A DNA stretch of 64,000 bases from Bythopirellula sp. (GTDB lineage: Bacteria; Planctomycetota; Planctomycetia; Pirellulales; Lacipirellulaceae), in contig OZ244170.1 of NCBI GenBank assembly GCA_965216565.1, positions 1,728,001-1,792,000 of the forward strand. The letters are read 5' to 3'. A program made the position numbers and the translations under genes. The notes under the pieces were generated by a model that was not told where the DNA came from, did not search any database, and saw only the letters and a program-made list of their open reading frames with translations. Each line of letters starts with the position of its first letter. The stretch's first letter is position 1. Positions 29,465 to 39,627 of the stretch are shown here, in pieces.

Positions 29465-30658
29465 TTGAACGAACTTAAGGATTATGCATGGCTCACGGCC
29501 CCCGAAACCGAACCGCTGCTCCAAGAACTCGCCGCAGACACGTCCCCGCTGCACAGCCAGTTGAAACGGCTGCGCAAAGTTCTCGGGCCAGAACAGGCCC
29601 GCCTGGCAGTCGCTCAGGTTGGCCTGCGAACGAAAGCCCACAACAAGTTTGGCGAACTTGCGGCTCGAATGTTCTTTACGGAAACAACCCTAGAGCAGGC
29701 CACGGATTTGTGGATTGCACGGTACAAAGCAGGTCGCTTTCCTCCAGGCGATTCCCTGATCGACTACTGCACCGGCATCGGCGGCGATTTGCTGGGCCTC
29801 TCCGAGCGTGGCGAGACCATTGGCTACGATCGCTCCGAGGTGATTGCCCATCTGGCCAATGCCAACCTACGCGCGGCCGGGTATCAGCCACCAAGTGAAA
29901 TTCGAGTCGGCAATGTCGAAGACCATCCCCCCAGCGGCTCAGACCTATGGCACCTAGATCCAGACAGACGTTCCGACGGGCGGCGGTCGACGCAACTCCG
30001 TTGGCACATCCCCGACGAAGCAACGATCGCCCAGTGGCTGGAATCGTCAGCGGGGGGAGCGATCAAACTCGCCCCAGCAGCCCAAATCCCTCAGCAATGG
30101 CGAGACAGCGTGGAACAGGAATGGATCTCCCGCAATCGCGAGTGCCGGCAGCTAGTAGTGTGGTCCGGCAGTCTGGCAACGGTTCCAGGCAAGCGCCGGG
30201 CAACAAGAATCTCACAGGCCGGGGAATCTGGAGAATTCGAGGTCGATTTTTATCAGGGTGAGGCGGATAGCGACGTGGATCAAGCCATGGCCATAGAGGA
30301 ATATATCTACGACACCGATCCCGCGATTCGAGCAGCAGGACTCACCGGTAGTTTCGCCAATGACTTGGCCCTCAGGGCATTTCGCACAGGCTCCAGTTAT
30401 CTCACTTCCGGGCATAAGGCCGAACATCCGCTGCTCACCTGCTTCCATGTCCTAAAACAACTTCCACTCAGAGAAAAAGAACTAGCTGGGCTCTTACGGG
30501 AAAGAGAAATAGGCACGCTAGAAATCAAAAAACGCGATCTAGAGATCGACCCCGAAAGCCTGCGCAAGCGTCTCAAACTAAAAGGCACCAATTGGGCTAC
30601 ATTACTGCTAACAAGGATCGGTAAACGCGAGGTTGCGATACTTGCGGAAAGGATCTGA
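29465..30658 (+). CDS. Class I SAM-dependent methyltransferase with THUMP-like C-terminal domain
   Basis: LEQAT, DYCTGIGGD, LDPDRR, IKLAP, LEIKKR. Confidence 0.82.
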   Translation: MNELKDYAWLTAPETEPLLQELAADTSPLHSQLKRLRKVLGPEQARLAVAQVGLRTKAHNKFGELAARMFFTETTLEQATDLWIARYKAGRFPPGDSLIDYCTGIGGDLLGLSERGETIGYDRSEVIAHLANANLRAAGYQPPSEIRVGNVEDHPPSGSDLWHLDPDRRSDGRRSTQLRWHIPDEATIAQWLESSAGGAIKLAPAAQIPQQWRDSVEQEWISRNRECRQLVVWSGSLATVPGKRRATRISQAGESGEFEVDFYQGEADSDVDQAMAIEEYIYDTDPAIRAAGLTGSFANDLALRAFRTGSSYLTSGHKAEHPLLTCFHVLKQLPLREKELAGLLREREIGTLEIKKRDLEIDPESLRKRLKLKGTNWATLLLTRIGKREVAILAERI

Positions 30659-30775
30659 GTGAATTCACCACACAGACAAATTTCGCCTCTCCAGCTTGCT
30701 TTATCCAGCCGAGTACGACACGATCAAAGCCAGTGCCAATCGATTTGATCCTACGATTCCTGAGGAAGACGCATC

Positions 30776-31639
30776 TTGAAACTCGCATTCAGTAGCAATG
30801 CCTACATGAATTTCTCGATTGAAGAGACGATCTGTAGGATTGCGGACATTGGCTATCGTGGAATCGAGCTATTGGCCGATGTGCCCCATGCCTGGCCGGC
30901 TGGGTTGTTGCCGGAGCGCCGCCAGGCAATTCGCACCGCTTTAGAGAAACATGGCCTGGAAATCTCCAATATCAACGCGTTCATGATGAATGCCGTGGGA
31001 GATCCACGACAACCCTATTGGCACCCGGGTTGGACCGACCCCGACCCGCATTATCGTGCAATTCGCCGCGAGCACACGAAACGTTCGCTGCAGCTGGCCC
31101 AGGATTTGGGGGCCTCGCATATCACTACGGAACCAGGGGGTCATCTCGCGCCCGGGCAATCGCGGGACGATGCAGCGAACATCTTCTACGAGGAGCTAAT
31201 GCCCTGCGTCGAGTTAGCTGAGACGCTTGGTGTGGGGTTATTGATCGAACCGGAACCTGAGCTCTTAATCGAACGCTTCGATCAATATCTAAGCTTCGCC
31301 GAGCGAATCGACTCGGAGAAAGTAGGCCTGAATTTCGACATTGGCCATGCTTACTGCGTGAGCGAGGACCCGCAGGACTGGGTGGCAAAGATGAGCGAGC
31401 ATACCGTGCACTACCATCTGGAAGACATCGCCGCGAGTCGCGTACACGAACATCTTATTCCGGGGCGAGGAGCGATCGACTTTCCAGCGACACTACGCGC
31501 GATCGCCGCCACCGGTTACGAAGGTTGGTTGACGGTGGAACTATATCCGTATGCCGAGGCTCCTGACGATGCTGCCCGAGAGGCACGAGATTTCTTGGTT
31601 GCTAAGTTGTCAGAGCTCAGCCAGTCTGAGTCGACTTAG
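30776..31639 (+). CDS. Sugar-phosphate isomerase/epimerase TIM barrel (AP_endonuc_2)
   Basis: IEPEP, NFDIGH, HYHLED, HEHLIPGRGAIDF, TVELY. Confidence 0.88.
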   Translation: MKLAFSSNAYMNFSIEETICRIADIGYRGIELLADVPHAWPAGLLPERRQAIRTALEKHGLEISNINAFMMNAVGDPRQPYWHPGWTDPDPHYRAIRREHTKRSLQLAQDLGASHITTEPGGHLAPGQSRDDAANIFYEELMPCVELAETLGVGLLIEPEPELLIERFDQYLSFAERIDSEKVGLNFDIGHAYCVSEDPQDWVAKMSEHTVHYHLEDIAASRVHEHLIPGRGAIDFPATLRAIAATGYEGWLTVELYPYAEAPDDAAREARDFLVAKLSELSQSEST

Positions 31640-31641
31640 CT

Positions 31642-32541
31642 ATGAGCAAATCTTCCCTCCTAGCCTGGTGGCAATTGCTGCGTGCGGGCAATGTTTTTAC
31701 GGCTGCTTCGAATGTGATTGCCGGCTTTGTTCTCACTCAAGCAACCTGGCAGCCGCTCGGGCCGCTTCTTTTGCTAATCGGAGCTTCTGCTCTACTGTAC
31801 GAAGCAGGGATGGTATTGAACGATGTGTTCGATGCGAAACTTGACGCCCGCGAACGCCCCGAACGCCCCATTCCCTCCGGCCGAATTGGCTCCAGCACTG
31901 CAATTCTTGTCGGTTGGGGAATCCTGCTCACAGGGTTGCTGGCTGCTGGGTCGGCGAGCTATTTGGTCGGTCACTATCGGCCTCTGCTAGTTGCTACGAT
32001 GCTCGCCCTATGCATTATTGCCTATGACGGGTATTTCAAGAGCACACCACTCGGGCCCTGGGTCATGGGCAGCTGTCGGTTACTGAACGTCATGCTGGGA
32101 GGCAGTCTGGTGGCAGAGTCGTGGACCGGCCTGACGATCTGGTACGCTCTTGCCGTTGGCGTCTACACTGTAGGCCTAACCTACTTTGCTCGACAAGAAA
32201 ACAAAGCTGGATGGAAGCTCAGCAATACGCTGGGCACTAGCTTCGTCGTAGTAGCGACACTATGCATCTGTCTGTGGTCTGGCAAATTGCTCGGCAGCTA
32301 TCCATTTACTCTGATTTCATTTGCCGTCTTGAACTTTTTTCTTTGGATTAGCCCTGGTTGGTTCAGCCCTACGGCGTTCCAGGTCGGGATGCTCCGCAGT
32401 ACGGTGGGACGGCTAATAATGGGATTTATCCTGCTAGACGCTTTGGTCGTCTACACCGCCTGGGACTTGAAATCTGGATTCGTTGTTTTAGCTCTGCTGC
32501 TGCCGACCTGGATTGCCTCGCGCTTCGCTCCTATGACATAA
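31642..32541 (+). CDS. UbiA-family prenyltransferase, EboC-like
   Basis: LLRAGNVFTA, GMVLNDVFDAKLDARERPERPIPSG, MGSCRLLNVMLG. Confidence 0.88.
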   Translation: MSKSSLLAWWQLLRAGNVFTAASNVIAGFVLTQATWQPLGPLLLLIGASALLYEAGMVLNDVFDAKLDARERPERPIPSGRIGSSTAILVGWGILLTGLLAAGSASYLVGHYRPLLVATMLALCIIAYDGYFKSTPLGPWVMGSCRLLNVMLGGSLVAESWTGLTIWYALAVGVYTVGLTYFARQENKAGWKLSNTLGTSFVVVATLCICLWSGKLLGSYPFTLISFAVLNFFLWISPGWFSPTAFQVGMLRSTVGRLIMGFILLDALVVYTAWDLKSGFVVLALLLPTWIASRFAPMT

Positions 32542-32559
32542 TGCCGGGCGGAGACATCT

Positions 32560-33390
32560 ATGCATCTAGGCTACAACACCAACGGTTTGGCGCACCACAG
32601 CCTGCCGGCTGCACTGCGACTGTTGGCTGGCTTGGGATACGAAAGCGTCGCCATCACCCTCGATCATTCGGCGTTGAATCCCTATCGCTCCGATTTTGCA
32701 GTGCAATTGCAAGAGACGAAGGCCCTACTGCAGGAACTAGAGCTCCGCTCGGTGATTGAAACGGGAGCCCGTTTTCTACTCGATCCACGCCACAAGCACG
32801 AACCAACATTGGTATCGGCCAAGACGAGCGGGCGTCCTTTACGGATAGAATTTCTGAGATACGCCGTCGACATCGCTGCCGAACTGAATAGCGATTGTGT
32901 TTCACTTTGGTCAGGGGCGATTCGTGACGGCGTCGACTGGGATAAGGGTTTTTCTCGATTGGTCGAAGGGCTACAACTCGTGGCGGACTACGCCGAACGG
33001 CGCAATGTGACGCTAGGTTTCGAACCGGAACCAGGGATGCTGATCGACACGATGGAACGATTTCAGCTGTTGGTAGACGCGCTTGATTCGCCCCAGCTAA
33101 AACTGACACTCGATGTCGGCCATTTACACTGCCTCGACGAAGGACCTATCTCTCAAGTGATTTGCCAGTGGGGTGAGCAACTCGTAAACATCCACATTGA
33201 AGATATGCGACGCGGTATTCACGAACACTTGATGTTTGGCGACGGAGAAATGGATTTCCCACCAATCGTGACTGCTCTTCGGGAGGTTGACTACACGGGC
33301 GGGCTGCATGTGGAGCTCAGCCGGCACAGTCACAAAGGCCCCTCTGCCGCCCGCGAAGCACACTCATTCCTGAAGCCACTCCTAAAGTGA
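32560..33390 (+). CDS. Sugar-phosphate isomerase/epimerase TIM barrel (ebo-cluster associated)
   Basis: GYNTNG, IETGARFLLDP..KHEPTL, FEPEPGM, LDVGH, HIEDM..GIHEHL, VELSRHSH. Confidence 0.88.
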   Translation: MHLGYNTNGLAHHSLPAALRLLAGLGYESVAITLDHSALNPYRSDFAVQLQETKALLQELELRSVIETGARFLLDPRHKHEPTLVSAKTSGRPLRIEFLRYAVDIAAELNSDCVSLWSGAIRDGVDWDKGFSRLVEGLQLVADYAERRNVTLGFEPEPGMLIDTMERFQLLVDALDSPQLKLTLDVGHLHCLDEGPISQVICQWGEQLVNIHIEDMRRGIHEHLMFGDGEMDFPPIVTALREVDYTGGLHVELSRHSHKGPSAAREAHSFLKPLLK

Positions 33391-33399
33391 AACTGCACT

Positions 33400-34725
33400 A
33401 TGAATGAATATGTCGTCCTGCTTTCTATCCCTGGACTGCGCAGAAAAGACCTTGAGGTCATGCCGCGGCTAGCGCAATTAGTTGCCGGGGGCGATTGTGC
33501 TGAGCTAGTAGCCAGCTTTCCCGCGGTAACGTGCCCAGTTCAGGCCAACATGACAACAGGAGTACCCCCCAACGAACACGGTGTGGTGGGAAACGGTTTC
33601 TATTGGCGTGAGAAGCACGAACTCGACATGTGGACTGCACCCAATGATTGCATTTTGCGCCCCCAACTTTGGGACATCATGCACAAACAGGACGCTTCGC
33701 TAACTTCTGCAGTTTGGTTCCCGCTACATAGCAAACATTGCGGGGCTGATTTCGTTTGCATGCCTGCGCCGATTCATAATCCGGATGGCAGCGAATCTTT
33801 GTGGTGCTATTCCAAGCCAGAAGAGTTTTACGGTGAAATGATAGAAGAGCTGGGACATTTTCCACTCCAGCACTTTTGGGGGCCGATGGCCAATATTAAA
33901 TCCACGGCCTGGATCATCGATTCGGCAATAAAAGCAGCCGAGCAGTTTCATCCCAATCTGTTCTACATCTATTTGCCGCACCTGGACTATGCAGCTCAGA
34001 AGTGTGGTCCCGATTCCACCGAGGCTCAGCAGGCACTTGCGGACCTGGACAGCGAAATTGGCAAGCTCGTAGACGGCTTGGCTAGTTTCTATGCAGACAA
34101 GCCGCCACTGTGGCTCGTCGCCAGCGAATACGTGATCACTCCGGTCGATCACGTCACCTATCCCAATCGCTTGCTGCGTGAAGCGGGATTGCTCGAGGTC
34201 GAAGAGCGGGAGGATGGCGAGCATCTCGACTACAGGCAAAGCCGAGCCTGGGCGATGACCGATCATCAGTACTCGCACATTTTCGTCAAAGATGCGAATC
34301 CGAATTCAATAGAACAAGCCAGAGAACTGCTTGCCGCTCAAGAGGGCATTAGCGAAGTGCTTACTACAGCCGAATTAGCGAAGTACGATCTTGCCCATCC
34401 ACGCAGCGGCGATCTCGTGGCTATTTCAACCGTCAATAGTTGGCAGGCCTACTATTGGTGGTTCGATGACGCCAATGCCCCCGGCTTTGCCCGCACGGTC
34501 GATATCCATCGCAAGCCTGGATACGACCCCGTCGAGATGTTTTGGGATCCAGCGGCTAAAGGAATTCCTTTGGATGCCCATTTGGTAAAGGGTTCCCACG
34601 GTGCTCCCGCGATCGACCCCACGCAGCGAGGCGTCTTATTTTGCTCTGCGGAAGGAGTATTCGTGGAGCAGCCACTTGCCGACACCGACGTCGCCGACAT
34701 TGTCCTTCGTCAGTTTGGGATTTGA
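33400..34725 (+). CDS. Alkaline phosphatase/nucleotide pyrophosphatase family, EboF-like
   Basis: FPAVTCPVQ, HGVVGNG, YLPHLDY, VDIHRKPGYDPVE, LVKGSHG. Confidence 0.88.
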   Translation: MNEYVVLLSIPGLRRKDLEVMPRLAQLVAGGDCAELVASFPAVTCPVQANMTTGVPPNEHGVVGNGFYWREKHELDMWTAPNDCILRPQLWDIMHKQDASLTSAVWFPLHSKHCGADFVCMPAPIHNPDGSESLWCYSKPEEFYGEMIEELGHFPLQHFWGPMANIKSTAWIIDSAIKAAEQFHPNLFYIYLPHLDYAAQKCGPDSTEAQQALADLDSEIGKLVDGLASFYADKPPLWLVASEYVITPVDHVTYPNRLLREAGLLEVEEREDGEHLDYRQSRAWAMTDHQYSHIFVKDANPNSIEQARELLAAQEGISEVLTTAELAKYDLAHPRSGDLVAISTVNSWQAYYWWFDDANAPGFARTVDIHRKPGYDPVEMFWDPAAKGIPLDAHLVKGSHGAPAIDPTQRGVLFCSAEGVFVEQPLADTDVADIVLRQFGI

Positions 34726-34832
34726 GACGCCTGAAAAGTCTCGCTGTCGTGGCACAAGCTGACTAGGCAATATCGCGCAAAGTCATACACTTCGAAACTG
34801 TACGTTGCAGAAAGCAATTACGGCTAGGCCGT

Positions 34833-34928
34833 GCGCTAGTGGCCCCCTCTCCCCGAAGTGTCATAGGAACCAAATTTACGAATTGATTTAGAAGTCTCAG
34901 TTGACCGGGGAGAGGGGGCCACTAGCGC
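34833..34928. repeat. Perfect 23-bp inverted repeat with 50-nt spacer (REP-like, possible terminator)
   Basis: GCGCTAGTGGCCCCCTCTCCCCG / CGGGGAGAGGGGGCCACTAGCGC. Confidence 0.85.
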
Positions 34929-35117
34929 TTCGCTTTCTGCTTTCGCGCCTCAATGATTGATCTCTGTGCGACTTTGCGGGCTGGGCAAGGTTTGTTGAGT
35001 GAAAGCGTCGGGACGATTCTTTCAGCCATTCTGGGCCGATATTTCTGTTGTGTGCCCGATCTTCGAGGCGCAATTCCCTCCGTCTATCCCGCCCCCTTGA
35101 TTAGCAAAGGTCTTGCT

Positions 35118-36182
35118 ATGAAACGTATTTCGCTATCGACGACTAGCGGCGCTTTGGCTCTCGCAATTTTGTCCGCTGGTTTCGCCACAGAAAACGTCGA
35201 GGCAGCCCGACCCGTGGTGCCAGGGACCGGCAAGATGATCGAATACGTGGGCGATGATTTTGAGGATACGTCTTGGGACTTTACCCACAACTTTCCCAAG
35301 AGTTCACGAGAGCAGGACGAGCGGTTGCGCAGCCCTACTGGTTTTTCTCACAACAAACGCTGGAAGGAAGGCCCGGAGCGTGGCCAGCCCGACCAGATGC
35401 AGATTGTCCCTACACCAGAGGGCGGCCTAGCTGGTAGCGAGCACGCACTTTTGGTGCGAACGCTGAACTCGGGGATTCCCGGCCGTCGGATGTTCGATGT
35501 GCAGCAGGACGACTTGATTGCAGATTGCATTTCGCGCGTTGGAACGATTTCACCCGGCGAAGTTCCTAGCGTTGTCGCCCGTGTCTATTTGCCACCTGCG
35601 GACAAATGGGAAAATCGTTCGGGTCCGCACTTCGGTTTCCGCATCAGTGCCTCGACGACGGTCACAGAAGTGAAATCGCAAGGCTTTTTTGGATCGAGAA
35701 ACTCGACCAAGGCTGAGCCTTACTGGCCAGGTATGTGGGTCCACTTCCGCTGCAAGGGAACCCGCGGCCACAAAGCGGACTCGGCATTTATCACTGTTCG
35801 CGGCGATCGCATGGGTCGCGATGTTCGTTACAAAGACATTCCCGTCGAGCAGTTTGGATGGTGGACCATGGGCATGTCGATGACCGGCGATGGGCAGATT
35901 CACTACTACGCCAAGCCGGGGGTTGAAGATTTAACTTCGGCCGACCACCTGACCTCGCAATTCCCCTATAGTTACAGTGCCCAGCGGTTTCGCACATTCT
36001 TCTTCGACGTGTGCAACAAAGACGATGGCAAGAGCTGGTCAACACCCTTTGTCATCGATGATAGTCGCCTCTTTGTACTGAACGATGCAAGAATCAGTTC
36101 TGTAGTGAACCGTAAGCTCCAGCGCGAGGCTAAACGGCAGCAGCAACGTAGTGCGAGCAAGAAGACGAACAAGCGAAAGTAG
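35118..36182 (+). CDS. Secreted hypothetical protein (aromatic, beta-rich domain; basic C-tail)
   Basis: ATG 35118 followed by a signal peptide; ORF open from 34953. Confidence 0.7.
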   Translation: MKRISLSTTSGALALAILSAGFATENVEAARPVVPGTGKMIEYVGDDFEDTSWDFTHNFPKSSREQDERLRSPTGFSHNKRWKEGPERGQPDQMQIVPTPEGGLAGSEHALLVRTLNSGIPGRRMFDVQQDDLIADCISRVGTISPGEVPSVVARVYLPPADKWENRSGPHFGFRISASTTVTEVKSQGFFGSRNSTKAEPYWPGMWVHFRCKGTRGHKADSAFITVRGDRMGRDVRYKDIPVEQFGWWTMGMSMTGDGQIHYYAKPGVEDLTSADHLTSQFPYSYSAQRFRTFFFDVCNKDDGKSWSTPFVIDDSRLFVLNDARISSVVNRKLQREAKRQQQRSASKKTNKRK

Positions 36183-36191
36183 AGGTTTACG

Positions 36192-37025
36192 CTACGTCTC
36201 CAACGCCTCAGTGATTTCCGGCGGATCGAAGACGAAACCCCGACTTTGGCCGAAGAATTCCATCGGATTCTCGTACACAATTCGGCGAATTGCCGATTCG
36301 CTGTGCCCGCGACGGCGCATTTCGAGAATGAAATCGGGAACGGCTGTTGGCTTGGAAGGCCCCCAGTCGCCAGCGGAGTTCACGAGTAGCCTTTCTGGCC
36401 CGTACATCTCGACGATGTCGGCAGCCCGGGCAGGGGTACATTTGCTTACGGGATAGAGCGTCATTCCCGCCCAAAATCCATCTTCCAGCACGGCCCGCAC
36501 GGTGTGTTCTTCGACGTGATCGACGAGCACCCTCGATCGGTCGATACGGCTATCGTCGACCAACATATCGATAATCATCCGCGTACCTAGATATTTGTCT
36601 TCCAAGTGCGGTGTGTGGATCAGGATCTGTTCGTTGGTCTCCATCGCTAAGTCGAGATGTTCCAAGAACACGATCGACTCATTACGTGTGTTCTTGTTCA
36701 AACCGATTTCTCCGATACCCAATACGCCCGGGCGATCGAGAAACTCGGGGATCATCGCGATCACTTCTCGCGATAGGGATACATTTTCGGCTTCCTTGGC
36801 ATTAATGCACAGCCAAGTGAAATGCTGGATGCCGTAGCTACCAGCACGCCCCGGTTCAAATGAGGTCAATTGCTGGAAGTAATCTCGGAATCCATCGACG
36901 CTGCCACGATCGTAGCCAGCCCAAAAGGCTGGTTCGCTGACTGCCACGCAACCCATTTTGGCCAACGTTTCGTAGTCATCGGTCGTCCGAGAGACCATGT
37001 GTATGTGGGGATCGATGTAATACAC
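36192..37025 (-). CDS. TatD-family hydrolase, EboB-like
   Basis: [43 protein letters not shown]. Confidence 0.9.
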   Translation of the reverse strand: MYYIDPHIHMVSRTTDDYETLAKMGCVAVSEPAFWAGYDRGSVDGFRDYFQQLTSFEPGRAGSYGIQHFTWLCINAKEAENVSLSREVIAMIPEFLDRPGVLGIGEIGLNKNTRNESIVFLEHLDLAMETNEQILIHTPHLEDKYLGTRMIIDMLVDDSRIDRSRVLVDHVEEHTVRAVLEDGFWAGMTLYPVSKCTPARAADIVEMYGPERLLVNSAGDWGPSKPTAVPDFILEMRRRGHSESAIRRIVYENPMEFFGQSRGFVFDPPEITEALET

Positions 37026-37027
37026 GG

Positions 37028-37285
37028 CTAGGCCAGGCTAAAGTTCTCTCGCCAATCTTGGTCGTAAGGAATGCTGAACAGCAATTGCACGCGCTCGGCT
37101 CGCCCTAGCTCCGATTCTTGCAAAATGTCGATCGCGTCATGCAACAGGTTCAGTTCCTGGTTTTCGGTCGAATCTCCGGGAGCACGCTGCAAACGGTCCA
37201 GAGTGGCTGCGATCTCCAGGATCTTAGCTCGCAGGGGCAGAAATTCTCGCTCTAGAATCTGCTGGGTTTTCATATCTTTCGACAT
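37028..37285 (-). CDS. Small helical hypothetical protein, translationally linked to the TatD gene
   Basis: ATG 37285 after [27 protein letters not shown]...[10 protein letters not shown]; stop codon 2 nt before the TatD start. Confidence 0.7.
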   Translation of the reverse strand: MSKDMKTQQILEREFLPLRAKILEIAATLDRLQRAPGDSTENQELNLLHDAIDILQESELGRAERVQLLFSIPYDQDWRENFSLA

Positions 37286-37590
37286 CGGGGCAGTCCTCTC
37301 AACTCGGCGGAACAATCGCTAGCATCCAAGCGCAGACTCTTAGTCGAGTCGATTCTAGCGATTGTACTGATTTTTCGAGCACAGCAACATGCGGTGCCGA
37401 CTCAATCCTTATCAGGCGAGGCATTCCCTGTGTTTCCTCGGCGAGATTCCATGACTAGGACTGGTTTCGACAATTCTACGACCTAGGTTTTTCATGATAT
37501 AGCGTGCTAAAGCAGTGGAAATCCGATTCCCGGCCTGAGCACGCTTTGCTCGGACAATTAGACATTGAATGAACTATTAGGTGGACCGCG

Positions 37591-39171
37591 GTGACTGCAG
37601 CTTTGGATAAAACGTTTGAAGTGCTCTCAGAATCTCGTAACGAGGCCTCCGTACTAGTGCTCCTTACGGCGCTGGAGACCTCCGAAGGTAAGATCTACGA
37701 GAGCACCCTTAAATCGCTCATTCAGCGTCGAAATCGAATGGGGCATACTGCTGTCCTGAGCCATTGGCATAAGCTTAACGAGGAACAGCGCGAATTGGTG
37801 ATCCAGGGACGGGGCAAGATGGCCTCGGCATTGCGAGATGGCATCCTCTCGACGGACGAAACACTATTTCAAAACGCCTGTGATGTCATGGTTAGGTTTC
37901 GAGAGTTCGACCTTGTGTCGGCTCTAATCACGCTGGCTGAGGATCGCTCGCATCCCCACTCCAATCGAGCCACAGAACTTGTGCTGCAGATGGTTAGCCA
38001 ACTGGTGGAGATGGTACACGGCAAACGCGATCCCAACGATCGTCGCGACCCTACGATGATTCGCTCTCACGTAATGGAGAGCTTAGAACGAAGCGTCGAG
38101 CGATTCCGCACCCATCAACGGAACGAGCTGATCGAAGCCTTTGTTATTCTTGGCGGGATCACATGCAGTCTCTTAAGGAACATTCTCGAAGACCCTCACC
38201 ACGTATGTTACTTGACCGTTGTCAACACGCTTTCGACGAGTCAAAGCCCCGGAGTTGTGAAACTCTTGTTGAGTTTCCTGGGATCGGATCATCCATCGCT
38301 CGCAATTCTCACTGTGATTAGCCGTCGCTCTGATGAGTGCTTCCTTCGTCAATTATTCGATCACCTGGAGTGCAACCTATCGGCGAAAGTTCAGAAGAAC
38401 CTCCATCGCATTCGCACATTCCCGTGGCTAGAGGAAGAAGATTTCTCCGTCGATACGATAGCCGATAGCGATCAGCCATGTTGCGTACGTATGTTGGGCG
38501 AGTCGGGAATGGACCAAGACCGATTACTCAACATTCTCTCCCAATTCATCAATCATGGCTCCACGGCGGGACGCGTTGCCGCTTGTGAAGCACTCGCGGA
38601 GATTCCGGGCGAGAAATCAAACAAGCTGTTCATGGCGAACATGCACGACGAAGACCCCCAGGTGCAGGCGGCTGTGGCTTTGCAACTTCGAGACCGTCAT
38701 ATTGCCGGGACCATGGCAGTTCTCGTCAAACTACTAGATAGTCCCCACGGAATTGTGCGAGAAGCGGCACGGGAATCGTTGAACGAGTTTTCGTATGAGA
38801 ATTTTGTGATGCAGTTCGACACGCTCCACGACGACTCGAGACAAACGACAGGATCGCTGGTCAAGAAGGTTGATCTCGAACTAAGAATTAAGCTTGCCGC
38901 AGACTTGCAATCTAAGTCGCGACGTATCCGAATGCGTGCCATCGAAATTGCCGAATCGTTGGAGTTCGTCGGCGATGTCTCGGAAGAACTGATAGAACTG
39001 CTCGAAGATCCCGATCATTTGGTCCGGGCAGCAGTCGCCACCGCGCTGCAATACAGCCCCACCCCTGTGGTGCGAGAAGCACTCGAGCAGGCAACCCACG
39101 ATAAGAGTTCGACCGTGCAAAGTGCCGCGAAAGCCAGCTTGGAAGCTTTTGCCAGCATGAGCCAAGCTTAG
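37591..39171 (+). CDS. HEAT-repeat protein
   Basis: Repeated D.D..V..AA..AL motifs in the C-terminal half. Confidence 0.8.
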   Translation: MTAALDKTFEVLSESRNEASVLVLLTALETSEGKIYESTLKSLIQRRNRMGHTAVLSHWHKLNEEQRELVIQGRGKMASALRDGILSTDETLFQNACDVMVRFREFDLVSALITLAEDRSHPHSNRATELVLQMVSQLVEMVHGKRDPNDRRDPTMIRSHVMESLERSVERFRTHQRNELIEAFVILGGITCSLLRNILEDPHHVCYLTVVNTLSTSQSPGVVKLLLSFLGSDHPSLAILTVISRRSDECFLRQLFDHLECNLSAKVQKNLHRIRTFPWLEEEDFSVDTIADSDQPCCVRMLGESGMDQDRLLNILSQFINHGSTAGRVAACEALAEIPGEKSNKLFMANMHDEDPQVQAAVALQLRDRHIAGTMAVLVKLLDSPHGIVREAARESLNEFSYENFVMQFDTLHDDSRQTTGSLVKKVDLELRIKLAADLQSKSRRIRMRAIEIAESLEFVGDVSEELIELLEDPDHLVRAAVATALQYSPTPVVREALEQATHDKSSTVQSAAKASLEAFASMSQA

Positions 39172-39211
39172 GCTAGCGGCAACAGCGTAGTAATACAGCG
39201 GAGACAATGAG

Positions 39212-39622
39212 ATGATAACGAGACTATCAGGATTGATATTACTGGGTCAGTATTCCCGCTGGGAGCGGCTGGGCGATGGCCTGCACCGTTCCACGGGTAA
39301 GATGGAAATCATGGACCTATTGCCGCTCCTGGCGGTGATCGCCGTTCTCGTAGCTATCGCAATCGTAGCCGTAGTGATGTACAAGCGTCGTGATTTCAGC
39401 AAGCCCTGCGACGATGCGCAGAAGTTATTCCGTCAACTCTGCGCCGTTCATGGCGTGAATAGAGGCAACAAACGCCTGCTTCTGCAGATGGCGGCTGCCT
39501 TGAATCTCGCCAGCCCGGCTACCTTGTTTGTCATGCCCTCAGCGTTTCGCTCGAGTGCTTTGCCAAATCAGTTACGCCCCGAGCATGATCGCATTAAAGA
39601 GCTGGCGGAAAAACTGTTCTAG
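39212..39622 (+). CDS. Small single-TM hypothetical protein
   Basis: Hydrophobic segment LLPLLAVIAVLVAIAIVAVVMY followed by KRR. Confidence 0.65.
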   Translation: MITRLSGLILLGQYSRWERLGDGLHRSTGKMEIMDLLPLLAVIAVLVAIAIVAVVMYKRRDFSKPCDDAQKLFRQLCAVHGVNRGNKRLLLQMAAALNLASPATLFVMPSAFRSSALPNQLRPEHDRIKELAEKLF

Positions 39623-39627
39623 CATTT

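Noticed and set aside
34750..34765. Sigma54 promoter at TGGCACAAGCTGACT
   Set aside because: The -24 half matches but there is no GC at the -12 position.
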